Origin: the human T2T-CHM13v2.0 reference genome, Homo sapiens
DNA: 64,000 bases
Reading direction: 5' to 3' (one strand)
NCBI RefSeq assembly: GCF_009914755.1
Contig: NC_060925.1
Within the stretch, counting starts at the first letter, position 1. The number at the start of each line of letters is the position of its first letter. A model generated the notes under the pieces. That model was not told the origin of the DNA. It did no database searches and worked only from the letters and a program-made list of their open reading frames with translations. Positions 29,000-43,600 of the stretch are shown one piece after another. The position numbers and the translations under genes are program-made.

Positions 29000-31615
29000 A
29001 TGGAATCGTCATCGAATGAATTGACTGCAATCATCGAATGGTCTCGAATGGAATCATCTTCAAATGGAATGGAATGGAATCATCGCATAGAATCGAATGG
29101 AATTATCATCGAATGGAATCGAATGGAATCAACATCAAACGGAAAAAAACGGAATTATCGAATGGAATCGAAGAGAATCATCGAATGGACCCGAATGGAA
29201 TCATCTAATGGAATGGAATGGAATAATCCATGGACTCGAATGCAATCATCATCGAATGGAATCGAATGGAATCATCGAATGGACTCGAATGGAATAATCA
29301 TTGAACGGAATCGAATGGAATCATCATCGGATGGAAATGAATGGAATCATCATCGAATGGAATCGAATATAATTATGGAATGAAATCCAGTGTGATCATC
29401 ATCGAATGGACCCGAATGGAATCATCATCCAACGGAAGCTAATGGAATCAACATCGAATGAATCGAATGGAAACACCATCGAATTGAACCGAATGGAATT
29501 ATCATGAAATTGAAATGGATGGACTCATCATCGAATGGATTCGAATGGAATCATCGAATAAAATTGATTGAAATCATCATCCAATGGAATCGAATGGTAT
29601 CATTGAATGGAATCGAATGGAATCATCATCAGATGGAAATGAATGGAATCGTCATAGAATGGAATCGAATGGATTCATTGAATGGAATCAGATGGAATCA
29701 TCGAATGGACTGGAATGGAATCATTGAATGGACCCGAAAGGGATCATGATTGAATGGAATTGAATGGAATCATCGAATGGTCTCGATTGGAATCATTACC
29801 AAATGGAATCGAATGGAATCACCGAATAGAATCGAATGGAACAATCATCGAATGGACTCAAATGGAATTATCCTCAAATGGAATCGAATGGAATTATCGA
29901 ATGCAATCGAATGGAATTATCGAATGCAATCGAATAGAATCATCGAATGGACTCGAATGGAATCATCGAATGGAATGGAATGGAACAGTCAATGAACTCG
30001 AATGGAATCATCATTGAATGGAATCGAATGGAATCATCGAGTGGAATCGAATGGAATTATGATCAAATGGAATCTAATGGAATCATCATCAAATGGAATC
30101 AAAAATAACCATCATCAATTGGTATTGAATGGAATTGTCATCAAATGGAATTCAAAGGAATCATCATCAAATGGAACCGAATGGAATCCTCATTGAATGG
30201 AAATGAAAGGGGTCATCATCTAATGGAATCGCATGGAATCATCATCAAATGGAATCGAATGGAATCATCATCAAATGGAATCTAATGGAATCATTGAACA
30301 GAATTGAATGGAATCGTCATCGAATGAATTGAATGCAATCATCGAATGGTCTCGAATGGAATCATCTTCTAATGGAAAGGAATGGAATCATCGCATAGAA
30401 TCGAATGGAATTATCATCGAATGGAATCGAATGGTATCAACACCAAACGGAAAAAAACAGAATTATCGAATGGAATCGAAGAGAATCATCGAATGGACCC
30501 GAATGGAATCATCTAATGGAATGGAATGGAATAATCCATGGACTCGAATGCAATCATCATCGAATGGAATCGAATGGAATCATCGAATGGACTCGAATGG
30601 AATAATCATTGAACGGAATCGAATGGAATCATCATCGGATGGAAATGAATGGAATCATCATCGAATGGAATCGAATAGAATTATGGAATGAAATCCAGTG
30701 TGATCATCATCGAATGGACCCGAATGGAATCATCATCCAACGGAAGCTAATGGAATCAACATCGAATGAATCGAATGGAAACACCATCGAATTGAAACGA
30801 ATGGAATTATCATGAAATTGAAATGGATGGACTCATCATCGAATGGATTCGAATGGAATCATCGAATAAAATTGATTGAAATCATCATCCAATGGAATCG
30901 AATGGTATCATTGAATGGAATCGAATGGAATCATCATCAGATGGAAATGAAAGGAATCGTCATAGAATGGAATCGAATGGATTCATTGAATGGAATCAGA
31001 TGGAATCATCGAATGGACTGGAATGGAATCATTGAATGGACTCGAAAGGGATCATTATTGAATGGAAATGAATGGAATCATCGAATGGTCTCGATTGGAA
31101 TCATTACCAAATGGAATCGAATGGAATCACCGAATAGAATCGAATGGAACAATCATCGAATGGACTCAAATGGAATTATCCTCAAATGGAATCGAATGGA
31201 ATTATCGAATGCAATCGAATGGAAATATCGAATGCAATCGAATAGAATCATCGAATGGACTCGAATGGAATCATCGAATGGAATGGAATGGAACAGTCAA
31301 TGAACTCGAATGGAATCATCATTGAATGGAATCGAATGGAATCATCGAGTGGAATCGAATGGAATTATGATCAAATGGAATCGAATGTAATCATCATCAA
31401 ATGGAATCAAAAATAACCATCATCAATTGGTATTGAATGGAATTGTCATCAAATGGAATTCGAAGGAATCATCATCAAATGGAACCGAATGGAATCCTCA
31501 TTGAATGGAAATGAAAGGGGTCATCATCTAATGGAATCGCATGGAATCATCATCAAATGGAATCGAATGGAATCATCATCAAATGGAATCTAATGGAATC
31601 ATTGAACAGAATTGA
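29000..31615. repeat. Two adjacent 1,308-bp units, each lacking one 468-bp block
   Basis: Spacings 29000 to 30308 and 30308 to 31616 are both 1,308 = 1776-468. Each has only one 'aaacggaaaaaaac' landmark. Confidence 0.92.
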
Positions 31616-34600
31616 ATGGAATCGTCATCGAATGAATTGAATGCAATCATCGAATGGTCTCGAATGGAATCATCTTCTAATGGAAAGGAATGGAATCATC
31701 GCATAGAATCGAATGGAATTATCATCGAATGGAATCGAATGGTATCAACACCAAACGGAAAAAAACGGAATTATCGAATGGAATCGAAGAGAATCTTCGA
31801 ACGGACCCGAATGGAATCATCTAATGGAATGGAATGGAATAATCCATGGACTCGAATGCAATCATCATCGAATGGAATCGAATGGAGTCATCGAATGGAC
31901 TCGAATGGAATAATCATTGAACGGAATCGAATGGAATCATCATCGGATGGAAACGAATGGAATCATCATCGAATGGAAATGAAAGGAGTCATCATCTAAT
32001 GGAATTGCATGGAATCATCATAAAATGCAATCGAATGGAATCAACATCAAATGGAATCAAATGGAATCATTGAACGGAATTGAATGGAATCGTCATCGAA
32101 TGAATTGACTGCAATCATCGAATGGTCTCGAATGGAATCATCTTCAAATGGAATGGAATGGAATCATCGCATAGAATCGAATGGAATTATCATCAAATGG
32201 AATCGAATGGAATCAACATCAAACGGAAAAAAACGGAATTATCGTATGGAATCTAAGAGAATCATCGAATGGACCCGAATGGAATCATCTAATGGAATGG
32301 AATGGAATAATCCATGGACTCGAATGCAATCATCATCGAATGGAATCGAATGGAATCATCGAATGGACTCGAATGGAATAATCATTGAACGGAATCGAAT
32401 GGAATCATCATCGGATGGAAATGAATGGAATCATCATCGAATGGAATCGAATAGAATTATGGAATGAAATCCAGTGTGATCATCATCGAATGGACCCGAA
32501 TGGAATCATCATCCAACGGAAGCTAATGGAATCAACATCGAATGAATCGAATGGAAACACCATCGAATTGAAACGAATGGAATTATCATGAAATTGAAAT
32601 GGATGGACACATCATCGAATGGATTCGAATGGAATCATCGAATAAAATTGATTGAAATCATCATCCAATGGAATCGAATGGTATCATTGAATGGAATCGA
32701 ATGGAATCATCATCAGATGGAAATGAATGGAATCGTCATGGAATGGAATCGAATGGATTCATTGAATGGAATCAGATGGAATCATCGAATGGACTGGAAT
32801 GGAATCATTGAATGGACTCGAAAGGGATCATTATTGAATGGAATTGAATGGAATCATCGAATGGTCTCGATTGGAATCATTACCAAATGGAATCGAATGG
32901 AATCACCGAATAGAATCGAATGGAACAATCATCGAATGGACTCAAATGGAATTATCCTCCAATGGAATCGAATGTAATTATCGAATGCAATCGAATGGAA
33001 TTATCGAATGCAATCGAATAGAATCATCGAATGGACTCGAATGGAATCATCGAATGGAATGGAATGGAACAGTCAATGAACTCGAATGGAATCATCATTG
33101 AATGGAATCGAATGGAATCATCGAGTGGAATCGAATGGAATTATGATCAAATGGAATCGAATGTAATCATCATCAAATGGAATCAAAAATAACCATCATC
33201 AATTGGTATTGAATGGAATTGTCATCAAATGGAATTCAAAGGAATCATCATCAAATGGAACCGAATGGAATCCTCATTGAATGGAAATGAAAGGGGTCAT
33301 CATCTAATGGAATCGCATGGAATCATCATCAAATGGAATCGAATGGAATCATCATCAAATGGAATCTAATGGAATCATTGAACAGAATTGAATGGAATCG
33401 TCATCGAATGAATTGAATGCAATCATCGAATGGTCTCGAATGGAATCATCTTCTAATGGAAAGGAATGGAATCATCGCATAGAATCGAATGGAATTATCA
33501 TCGAATGGAATCGAATGGTATCAACACCAAACGGAAAAAAACGGAATTATCGAATGGAATCGAAGAGAATCTTCGAACGGACCCGAATGGAATCATCTAA
33601 TGGAATGGAATGGAATAATCCATGGACTCGAATGCAATCATCATCGAATGGAATCGAATGGAGTCATCGAATGGACTCGAATGGAATAATCATTGAACGG
33701 AATCGAATGGAATCATCATCGGATGGAAACGAATGGAATCATCATCGAATGGAAATGAAAGGAGTCATCATCTAATGGAATTGCATGGAATCATCATAAA
33801 ATGGAATCGAATGGAATCAACATCAAATGGAATCAAATGGAATCATTGAACGGAATTGAATGGAATCGTCATCGAATGAATTGACTGCAATCATCGAATG
33901 GTCTCGAATGGAATCATCTTCAAATGGAATGGAATGGAATCATCGCATAGAATCGAATGGAATTATCATCGAATGGAATCGAATGGAATCAACATCAAAC
34001 GGAAAAAAACAGAATTATCGTATGGAATCTAAGAGAATCATCGAATGGACCCGAATGGAATCATCTAATGGAATGGAATGGAATAATCCATGGACTCGAA
34101 TGCAATCATCATCGAATGGAATCGAATGGAATCATCGAATGGACTCGAATGGAATAATCATTGAACGGAATCGAATGGAATCATCATCGGATGGAAATGA
34201 ATGGAATCATCATCGAATGGAATCGAATAGAATTATGGAATGAAATCCAGTGTGATCATCATCGAATGGACCCGAATGGAATCATCATCCAACGGAAGCT
34301 AATGGAATCAACATCGAATGAATCGAATGGAAACACCATCGAATTGAAACGAATGGAATTATCATGAAATTGAAATGGATGGACTCATCATCGAATGGAT
34401 TCGAATGGAATCATCGAATAAAATTGATTGAAATCATCATCGAATGGAATCGAATGGTATCATTGAATGGAATCGAATGGAATCATCATCAGATGGAAAT
34501 GAATGGAATCGTCATAGAATGGAATCGAATGGATTCATTGAATGGAATCAGATGGAATCATCGAATGGACTGGAATGGAATCATTGAATGGACTCGAAAG

Positions 34601-37600
34601 GGATCATGATTGAATGGAATTGAATGGAATCATCGAATGGTCTCGATTGGAATCATTATCAAATGGAATCGAATGGAATCACCGAATAGAATCGAATGGA
34701 ACAATCATCGAATGGACTCAAATGGAATTATCCTCAAATGGAATCGAATGGAATTATCGAATGCAATCGAATGGAATTATCGAATGCAATCGAATAGAAT
34801 CATCGAAAGGACTGGAATGGAATCATCGAATGGAATGGAATGGAACAGTCAATGAACTCGAATGGAATCATCATTGAATGGAATCGAATGGAATCATCGA
34901 GTGGAATCGAATGGAATTATGATCAAATGGAATCGAATGTAATCATCATCAAATGGAATCAAAAATAACCATCATCAATTGGTATTGAATGGAATTGTCA
35001 TCAAATGGAATTCAAAGGAATCATCATCAAATGGAACCGAATGGAATCCTCATTGAATGGAAATGAAAGGGGTCATCATCTAATGGAATCGCATGGAATC
35101 ATCATCAAATGGAATCGAATGGAATCATCATCAAATGGAATCTAATGGAATCATTGAACAGAATTGAATGGAATCGTCATCGAATGAATTGAATGCAATC
35201 ATCGAATGGTCTCGAATGGAATCATCTTCTAATGGAAAGGAATGGAATCATCGCATAGAATCGAATGGAATTATCATCGAATGGAATCGAATGGTATCAA
35301 CACCAAACGGAAAAAAACGGAATTATCGAATGGAATCGAAGAGAATCTTCGAACGGACGCGAATGGAATCATCTAATGGAATGGAATGGAATAATCCATG
35401 GACTCGAATGCAATCATCATCGAATGGAATGGAATGGAATCATCGAATGGACTCGAATGGAATAATCATTGAACGGAATCGAATGGAATCATCATCGGAT
35501 GGAAACGAATGGAATCATCATCGAATGGAAATGAAAGGAGTCATCATCTAATGGAATTGCATGGAATCATCATAAAATGGAATCGAATGGAATCAACATC
35601 AAATGGAATCAAATGGAATCATTGAACGGAATTGAATGGAATCGTCATCGAATGAATTGACTGCAATCATCGAATGTTCTCGAATGGAATCATCTTCAAA
35701 TGGAATGGAATGGAATCATCGCATAGAATCGAATGGAATTATCATCGAATGGAATCGAATGGAATCAACATCAAACGGAAAAAAACGGAATTATCGTATG
35801 GAATCGAAGAGAATCATCGAATGGACCCGAATGGAATCATCTAATGGAATGGAATGGAATAATCCATGGACTCGAATGCAATCATCATCGAATGAAATCG
35901 AATGGAATCATCGAATGGACTCGAATGGAATAATCATTGAACGGAATCGAATGGAATCATCATCGGATGGAAATGAATGGAATCATCATCGAATGGAATC
36001 GAATAGAATTATGGAATGAAATCCAGTGTGATCATCATCGAATGGACCCGAATGGAATCATCATCCAACGGAAGCTAATGGAATCAACATCGAATGAATC
36101 GAATGGAAACACCATCGAATTGAAACGAATGGAATTATCATGAAATTGAAATGGATGGACTCATCATCGAATGGATTCGAATGGAATCATCGAATAAAAT
36201 TGATTGAAATCATCATCGAATGGAATCGAATGGTATCATTGAATGGAATCGAATGGAATCATCATCAGATGGAAATGAATGGAATCGTCATAGAATGGAA
36301 TCGAATGGATTCATTGAATGGAATCAGATGGAATCATCGAATGGACTGGAATGGAATCATTGAATGGACTCGAAAGGGATCATGATTGAATGGAATTGAA
36401 TGGAATCATCGAATGGTCTCGATTGGAATCATTATCAAATGGAATCGAATGGAATCACCGAATAGAATCGAATGGAACAATCATCGAATGGACTCAAATG
36501 GAATTATCCTCAAATGGAATCGAATGGAATTATCGAATGCAATCGAATGGAATTATCGAATGCAATCGAATAGAATCATCGAATGGACTCGAATGGAATC
36601 ATCGAATGGAATGGAATGGAACAGTCAATGAACTCGAATGGAATCATCATTGAATGGAATCGAATGGAATCATCGAGTGGAATCGAATGGAATTATGATC
36701 AAATGGAATCGAATGTAATCATCATCAAATGGAATCAAAAATAACCATCATCAATTGGTATTGAATGGAATTGTCATCAAATGGAATTCAAAGGAATCAT
36801 CATCAAATGGAACCGAATGGAATCCTCATTGAATGGAAATGAAAGGGGTCATCATCTAATGGAATCGCATGGAATCATCATCAAATGGAATCGAATGGAA
36901 TCATCATCAAATGGAATCTAATGGAATCATTGAACAGAATTGAATGGAATCGTCATCGAATGAATTGAATGCAATCATCGAATGGTCTCGAATGGAATCA
37001 TCTTCTAATGGAAAGGAATGGAATCATCGCATAGAATCGAATGGAATTATCATCGAATGGAATCAAATGGTATCAACACCAAACGGAAAAAAACGGAATT
37101 ATCGAATGGAATCGAAGAGAATCTTCGAACGGACCCGAATGGAATCATCTAATGGAATGGAATGGAATAATCCATGGACTCGAATGCAATCATCATCGAA
37201 TGGAATGGAATGGAATCATCGAATGGACTCGAATGGAATAATCATTGAACGGAATCGAATGGAATCATCATCGGATGGAAACGAATGGAATCATCATCGA
37301 ATGGAAATGAAAGGAGTCATCATCTAATGGAATTGCATGGAATCATCATAAAATGGAATCGAATGGAATCAACATCAAATGGAATCAAATGGAATCATTG
37401 AACGGAATTGAATGGAATCGTCATCGAATGAATTGACTGCAATCATCGAATGGTCTCGAATGGAATCATCTTCAAATGGAATGGAATGGAATCATCGCAT
37501 AGAATCGAATGGAATTATCATCGAATGGAATCGAATGGAATCAACATCAAATGGAAAAAAACGGAATTATCGAATGGAATCGAAGAGAATCATCGAATGG

Positions 37601-40600
37601 ACCCGAATGGAATCATCTAATGGAATGGAATGGAATAATCCATGGACTCGAATGCAATCATCATCGAATGGAATCGAATGGAATCATCGAATGGACTCGA
37701 ATGGAATAATCATTGAACGGAATCGAATGGAATCATCATCGGATGGAAATGAATGGAATCATCATCGAATGGAATCGAATAGAATTATGGAATGAAATCC
37801 AGTGTGATCATCATCGAATGGACCCGAATGGAATCATCATCCAACGGAAGCTAATGGAATCAACATCGAATGAATCGAATGGAAACACCATCGAATTGAA
37901 ACGAATGGAATTATCATGAAATTGAAATGGATGGACTCATCATCGAATGGATTCGAATGGAATCATCGAATAAAATTGATTGAAATCATCATCCAATGGA
38001 ATCGAATGGTATCATTGAATGGAATCGAATGGAATCATCATCAGATGGAAATGAATGGAATCGTCATAGAATGGAATCGAATGGATTCATTGAATGGAAT
38101 CAGATGGAATCATCGAATGGACTGGAATGGAATCATTGAATGGACTCGAAAGGGATCATGATTGAATGGAATTGAATGGAATCATCGAATGGTCTCGATT
38201 GGAATCATTATCAAATGGAATCGAATGGAATCACCGAATAGAATCGAATGGAACAATCATCGAATGGACTCAAATGGAATTATCCTCAAATGGAATCGAA
38301 TGGAATTATCGAATGCAATCGAATGGAATTATCGAATGCAATCGAATAGAATCATCGAAAGGACTCGAATGGAATCATCGAATGGAATGGAATGGAACAG
38401 TCAATGAACTCGAATGGAATCATCATTGAATGGAATCGAATGGAATCATCGAGTGGAATCGAATGGAATTATGATCAAATGGAATCTAATGGAATCATCA
38501 TCAAATGGAATCAAAAATAACCATCATCAATTGGTATTGAATGGAATTGTCATCAAATGGAATTCAAAGGAATCATCATCAAATGGAACCGAATGGAATC
38601 CTCATTGAATGGAAATGAAAGGGGTCATCATCTAATGGAATCGCATGGAATCATCATCAAATGGAATCGAATGGAATCATCATCAAATGGAATCTAATGG
38701 AATCATTGAACAGAATTGAATGGAATCGTCATCGAATGAATTGAATGCAATCATCGAATGGTCTCGAATGGAATCATCTTCTAATGGAAAGGAATGGAAT
38801 CATCGCATAGAATCGAATGGAATTATCATCGAATGGAATCAAATGGTATCAACACCAAACGGAAAAAAACGGAATTATCGAATGGAATCGAAGAGAATCT
38901 TCGAACGGACCCGAATGGAATCATCTAATGGAATGGAATGGAATAATCCATGGACTCGAATGCAATCATCATCGAATGGAATGGAATGGAATCATCGAAT
39001 GGACTCGAATGGAATAATCATTGAACGGAATCGAATGGAATCATCATCGGATGGAAACGAATGGAATCATCATCGAATGGAAATGAAAGGAGTCATCATC
39101 TAATGGAATTGCATGGAATCATCATAAAATGGAATCGAATGGAATCAACATCAAATGGAATCAAATGGAATCATTGAACGGAATTGAATGGAATCGTCAT
39201 CGAATGAATTGACTGCAATCATCGAATGGTCTCGAATGGAATCATCTTCAAATGGAATGGAATGGAATCATCGCATAGAATCGAATGGAATTATCATCGA
39301 ATGGAATCGAATGGAATCAACATCAAACGGAAAAAAACGGAATTATCGAATGGAATCGAAGAGAATCATCGAATGGACCCGAATGGAATCATCTAATGGA
39401 ATGGAATGGAATAATCCATGGACTCGAATGCAATCATCATCGAATGGAATCGAATGGAATCATCGAATGGACTCGAATGGAATAATCATTGAACGGAATC
39501 GAATGGAATCATCATCGGATGGAAATGAATGGAATCATCATCGAATGGAATCGAATAGAATTATGGAATGAAATCCAGTGTGATCATCATCGAATGGACC
39601 CGAATGGAATCATCATCCAACGGAAGCTAATGGAATCAACATCGAATGAATCGAATGGAAACACCATCGAATTGAAACGAATGGAATTATCATGAAATTG
39701 AAATGGATGGACTCATCATCGAATGGATTCGAATGGAATCATCGAATAAAATTGATTGAAATCATTATCCAATGGAATCGAATGGTATCATTGAATGGAA
39801 TCGAATGGAATCATCATCAGATGGAAATGAATGGAATCGTCATAGAATGGAATCGAATGGATTCATTGAATGGAATCAGATGGAATCATCGAATGGACTG
39901 GAATGGAATCATTGAATGGACTCGAAAGGGATCATGATTGAATGGAATTGAATGGAATCATCGAATGGTCTCGATTGGAATCATTATCAAATGGAATCGA
40001 ATGGAATCACCAAATAGAATCGAATGGAACAATCATCGAATGGACTCAAATGGAATTATCCTCAAATGGAATCGAATGGAATTATCGAATGCAATCGAAT
40101 GGAATTATCGAATGCAATCGAATAGAATCATCGAAAGGACTCGAATGGAATCATCGAATGGAATGGAATGGAACAGTCAATGAACTCGAATGGAATCATC
40201 ATTGAATGGAATCGAATGGAATCATCGAGTGGAATCGAATGGAATTATGATCAAATGGAATCGAATGTAATCATCATCAAATGGAATCAAAAATAACCAT
40301 CATCAATTGGTATTGAATGGAATTGTCATCAAATGGAATTCAAAGGAATCATCATCAAATGGAACCGAATGGAATCCTCATTGAATGGAAATGAAAGGGG
40401 TCATCATCTAATGGAATCGCATGGAATCATCATCAAATGGAATCGAATGGAATCATCATCAAATGGAATCTAATGGAATCATTGAACAGAATTGAATGGA
40501 ATCGTCATCGAATGAATTGAATGCAATCATCGAATGGTCTCGAATGGAATCATCTTCTAATGGAAAGGAATGGAATCATCGCATAGAATCGAATGGAATT

Positions 40601-43600
40601 ATCATCGAATGGAATCGAATGGTATCAACACCAAACGGAAAAAAACGGAATTATCGAATGGAATCGAAGAGAATCTTCGAACGGACCCGAATGGAATCAT
40701 CTAATGGAATGGAATGGAATAATCCATGGACTCGAATGCAATCATCATCGAATGGAATGGAATGGAATCATCGAATGGACTCGAATGGAATAATCATTGA
40801 ACGGAATCGAATGGAATCATCATCGGATGGAAACGAATGGAATCATCATCGAATGGAAATGAAAGGAGTCATCATCTAATGGAATTGCATGGAATCATCA
40901 TAAAATGGAATCGAATGGAATCAACATCAAATGGAATCAAATGGAATCATTGAACGGAATTGAATGGAATCGTCATCGAATGAATTGACTGCAATCATCG
41001 AATGGTCTCGAATGGAATCATCTTCAAATGGAATGGAATGGAATCATCGCATAGAATCGAATGGAATTATCATCGAATGGAATCGAATGGAATCAACATC
41101 AAACGGAAAAAAACAGAATTATCGTATGGAATCGAAGAGAATCATCGAATGGACCCGAATGGAATCATCTAATGGAATGGAATGGAATAATCCATGGACT
41201 CGAATGCAATCATCATCGAATGGAATCGAATGGAATCATCGAATGGACTCGAATGGAATAATCATTGAACGGAATCGAATGGAATCATCATCGGATGGAA
41301 ATGAATGGAATCATCATCGAATGGAATCGAATAGAATTATGGAATGAAATCCAGTGTGATCATCATCGAATGGACCCGAATGGAATCATGATCCAACGGA
41401 AGCTAATGGAATCAACATCGAATGAATCGAATGGAAACACCATCGAATTGAAACGAATGGAATTATCATGAAATTGAAATGGATGGACTCATCATCGAAT
41501 GGATTCGAATGGAATCATCGAATAAAATTGATTGAAATCATCATCGAATGAAATCGAATGGTATCATTGAATGGAATCGAATGGAATCATCATCAGATGG
41601 AAATGAATGGAATCGTCATAGAATGGAATCGAATGGATTCATTGAATGGAATCAGATGGAATCATCGAATGGACTGGAATGGAATCATTGAATGGACTCG
41701 AAAGGGATCATTATTGAATGGAATTGAATGGAATCATCGAATGGTCTCGATTGGAATCATTATCAAATGGAATCGAATGGAATCACCGAATAGAATCGAA
41801 TGGAACAATCATCGAATGGACTCAAATGGAATTATCCTCAAATGGAATCGAATGGAATTATCGAATGCAATCGAATGGAATTATCGAATGCAATCGAATA
41901 GAATCATCGAATGGACTCGAATGGAATCATCGAATGGAATGGAATGGAACAGTCAATGAACTCGAATGGAATCATCATTGAATGGAATCGAATGGAATCA
42001 TCGAGTGGAATCGAATGGAATTATGATCAAATGGAATCGAATGTAATCATCATCAAATGGAATCAAAAATAACCATCATCAATTGGTATTGAATGGAATT
42101 GTCATCAAATGGAATTCAAAGGAATCATCATCAAATGGAACCGAATGGAATCCTCATTGAATGGAAATGAAAGGGGTCATCATCTAATGGAATCGCATGG
42201 AATCATCATCAAATGGAATCGAATGGAATCATCATCAAATGGAATCTAATGGAATCATTGAACAGAATTGAATGGAATCGTCATCGAATGAATTGAATGC
42301 AATCATCGAATGGTCTCGAATGGAATCATCTTCTAATGGAAAGCAATGGAATCATCGCATAGAATCGAATGGAATTATCATCGAATGGAATCGAATGGTA
42401 TCAACACCAAACGGAAAAAAACGGAATTATCGAATGGAATCGAAGAGAATCTTCGAACGGACCCGAATGGAATCATCTAATGGAATGGAATGGAATAATC
42501 CATGGACTCGAATGCAATCATCATCGAATGGAATGGAATGGAATCATCGAATGGACTCGAATGGAATAATCATTGAACGGAATCGAATGGAATCATCATC
42601 GGATGGAAACGAATGGAATCATCATCGAATGGAAATGAAAGGAGTCATCATCTAATGGAATTGCATGGAATCATCATAAAATGGAATCGAATGGAATCAA
42701 CATCAAATGGAATCAAATGGAATCATTGAACGGAATTGAATGGAATCGTCATCGAATGAATTGACTGCAATCATCGAATGGTCTCGAATGGAATCATCTT
42801 CAAATGGAATGGAATGGAATCATCGCATAGAATCGAATGGAATTATCATCGAATGGAATCGAATGGAATCAACATCAAACGGAAAAAAACGGAATTATCG
42901 AATGGAATCGAAGAGAATCATCGAATGGACCCGAATGGAATCATCTAATGGAATGGAATGGAATAATCCATGGACTCGAATGCAATCATCATCGAATGGA
43001 ATCGAATGGAATCATCGAATGGACTCGAATGGAATAATCATTGAACGGAATCGAATGGAATCATCATCGGATGGAAATGAATGGAATCATCATCGAATGG
43101 AATCGAATAGAATTATGGAATGAAATCCAGTGTGATCATCATCGAATGGACCCGAATGGAATCATCATCCAACGGAAGCTAATGGAATCAACATCGAATG
43201 AATCGAATGGAAACACCATCGAATTGAAACGAATGGAATTATCATGAAATTGAAATGGATGGACACATCATCGAATGGATTCGAATGGAATCATCGAATA
43301 AAATTGATTGAAATCATCATCCAATGGAATCGAATGGTATCATTGAATGGAATCGAATGGAATCATCATCAGATGGAAATGAATGGAATCGTCATGGAAT
43401 GGAATCGAATGGATTCATTGAATGGAATCAGATGGAATCATCGAATGGACTGGAATGGAATCATTGAATGGACTCGAAAGGGATCATTATTGAATGGAAT
43501 TGAATGGAATCATCGAATGGTCTCGATTGGAATCATTACCAAATGGAATCGAATGGAATCACCGAATAGAATCGAATGGAACAATCATCGAATGGACTCA

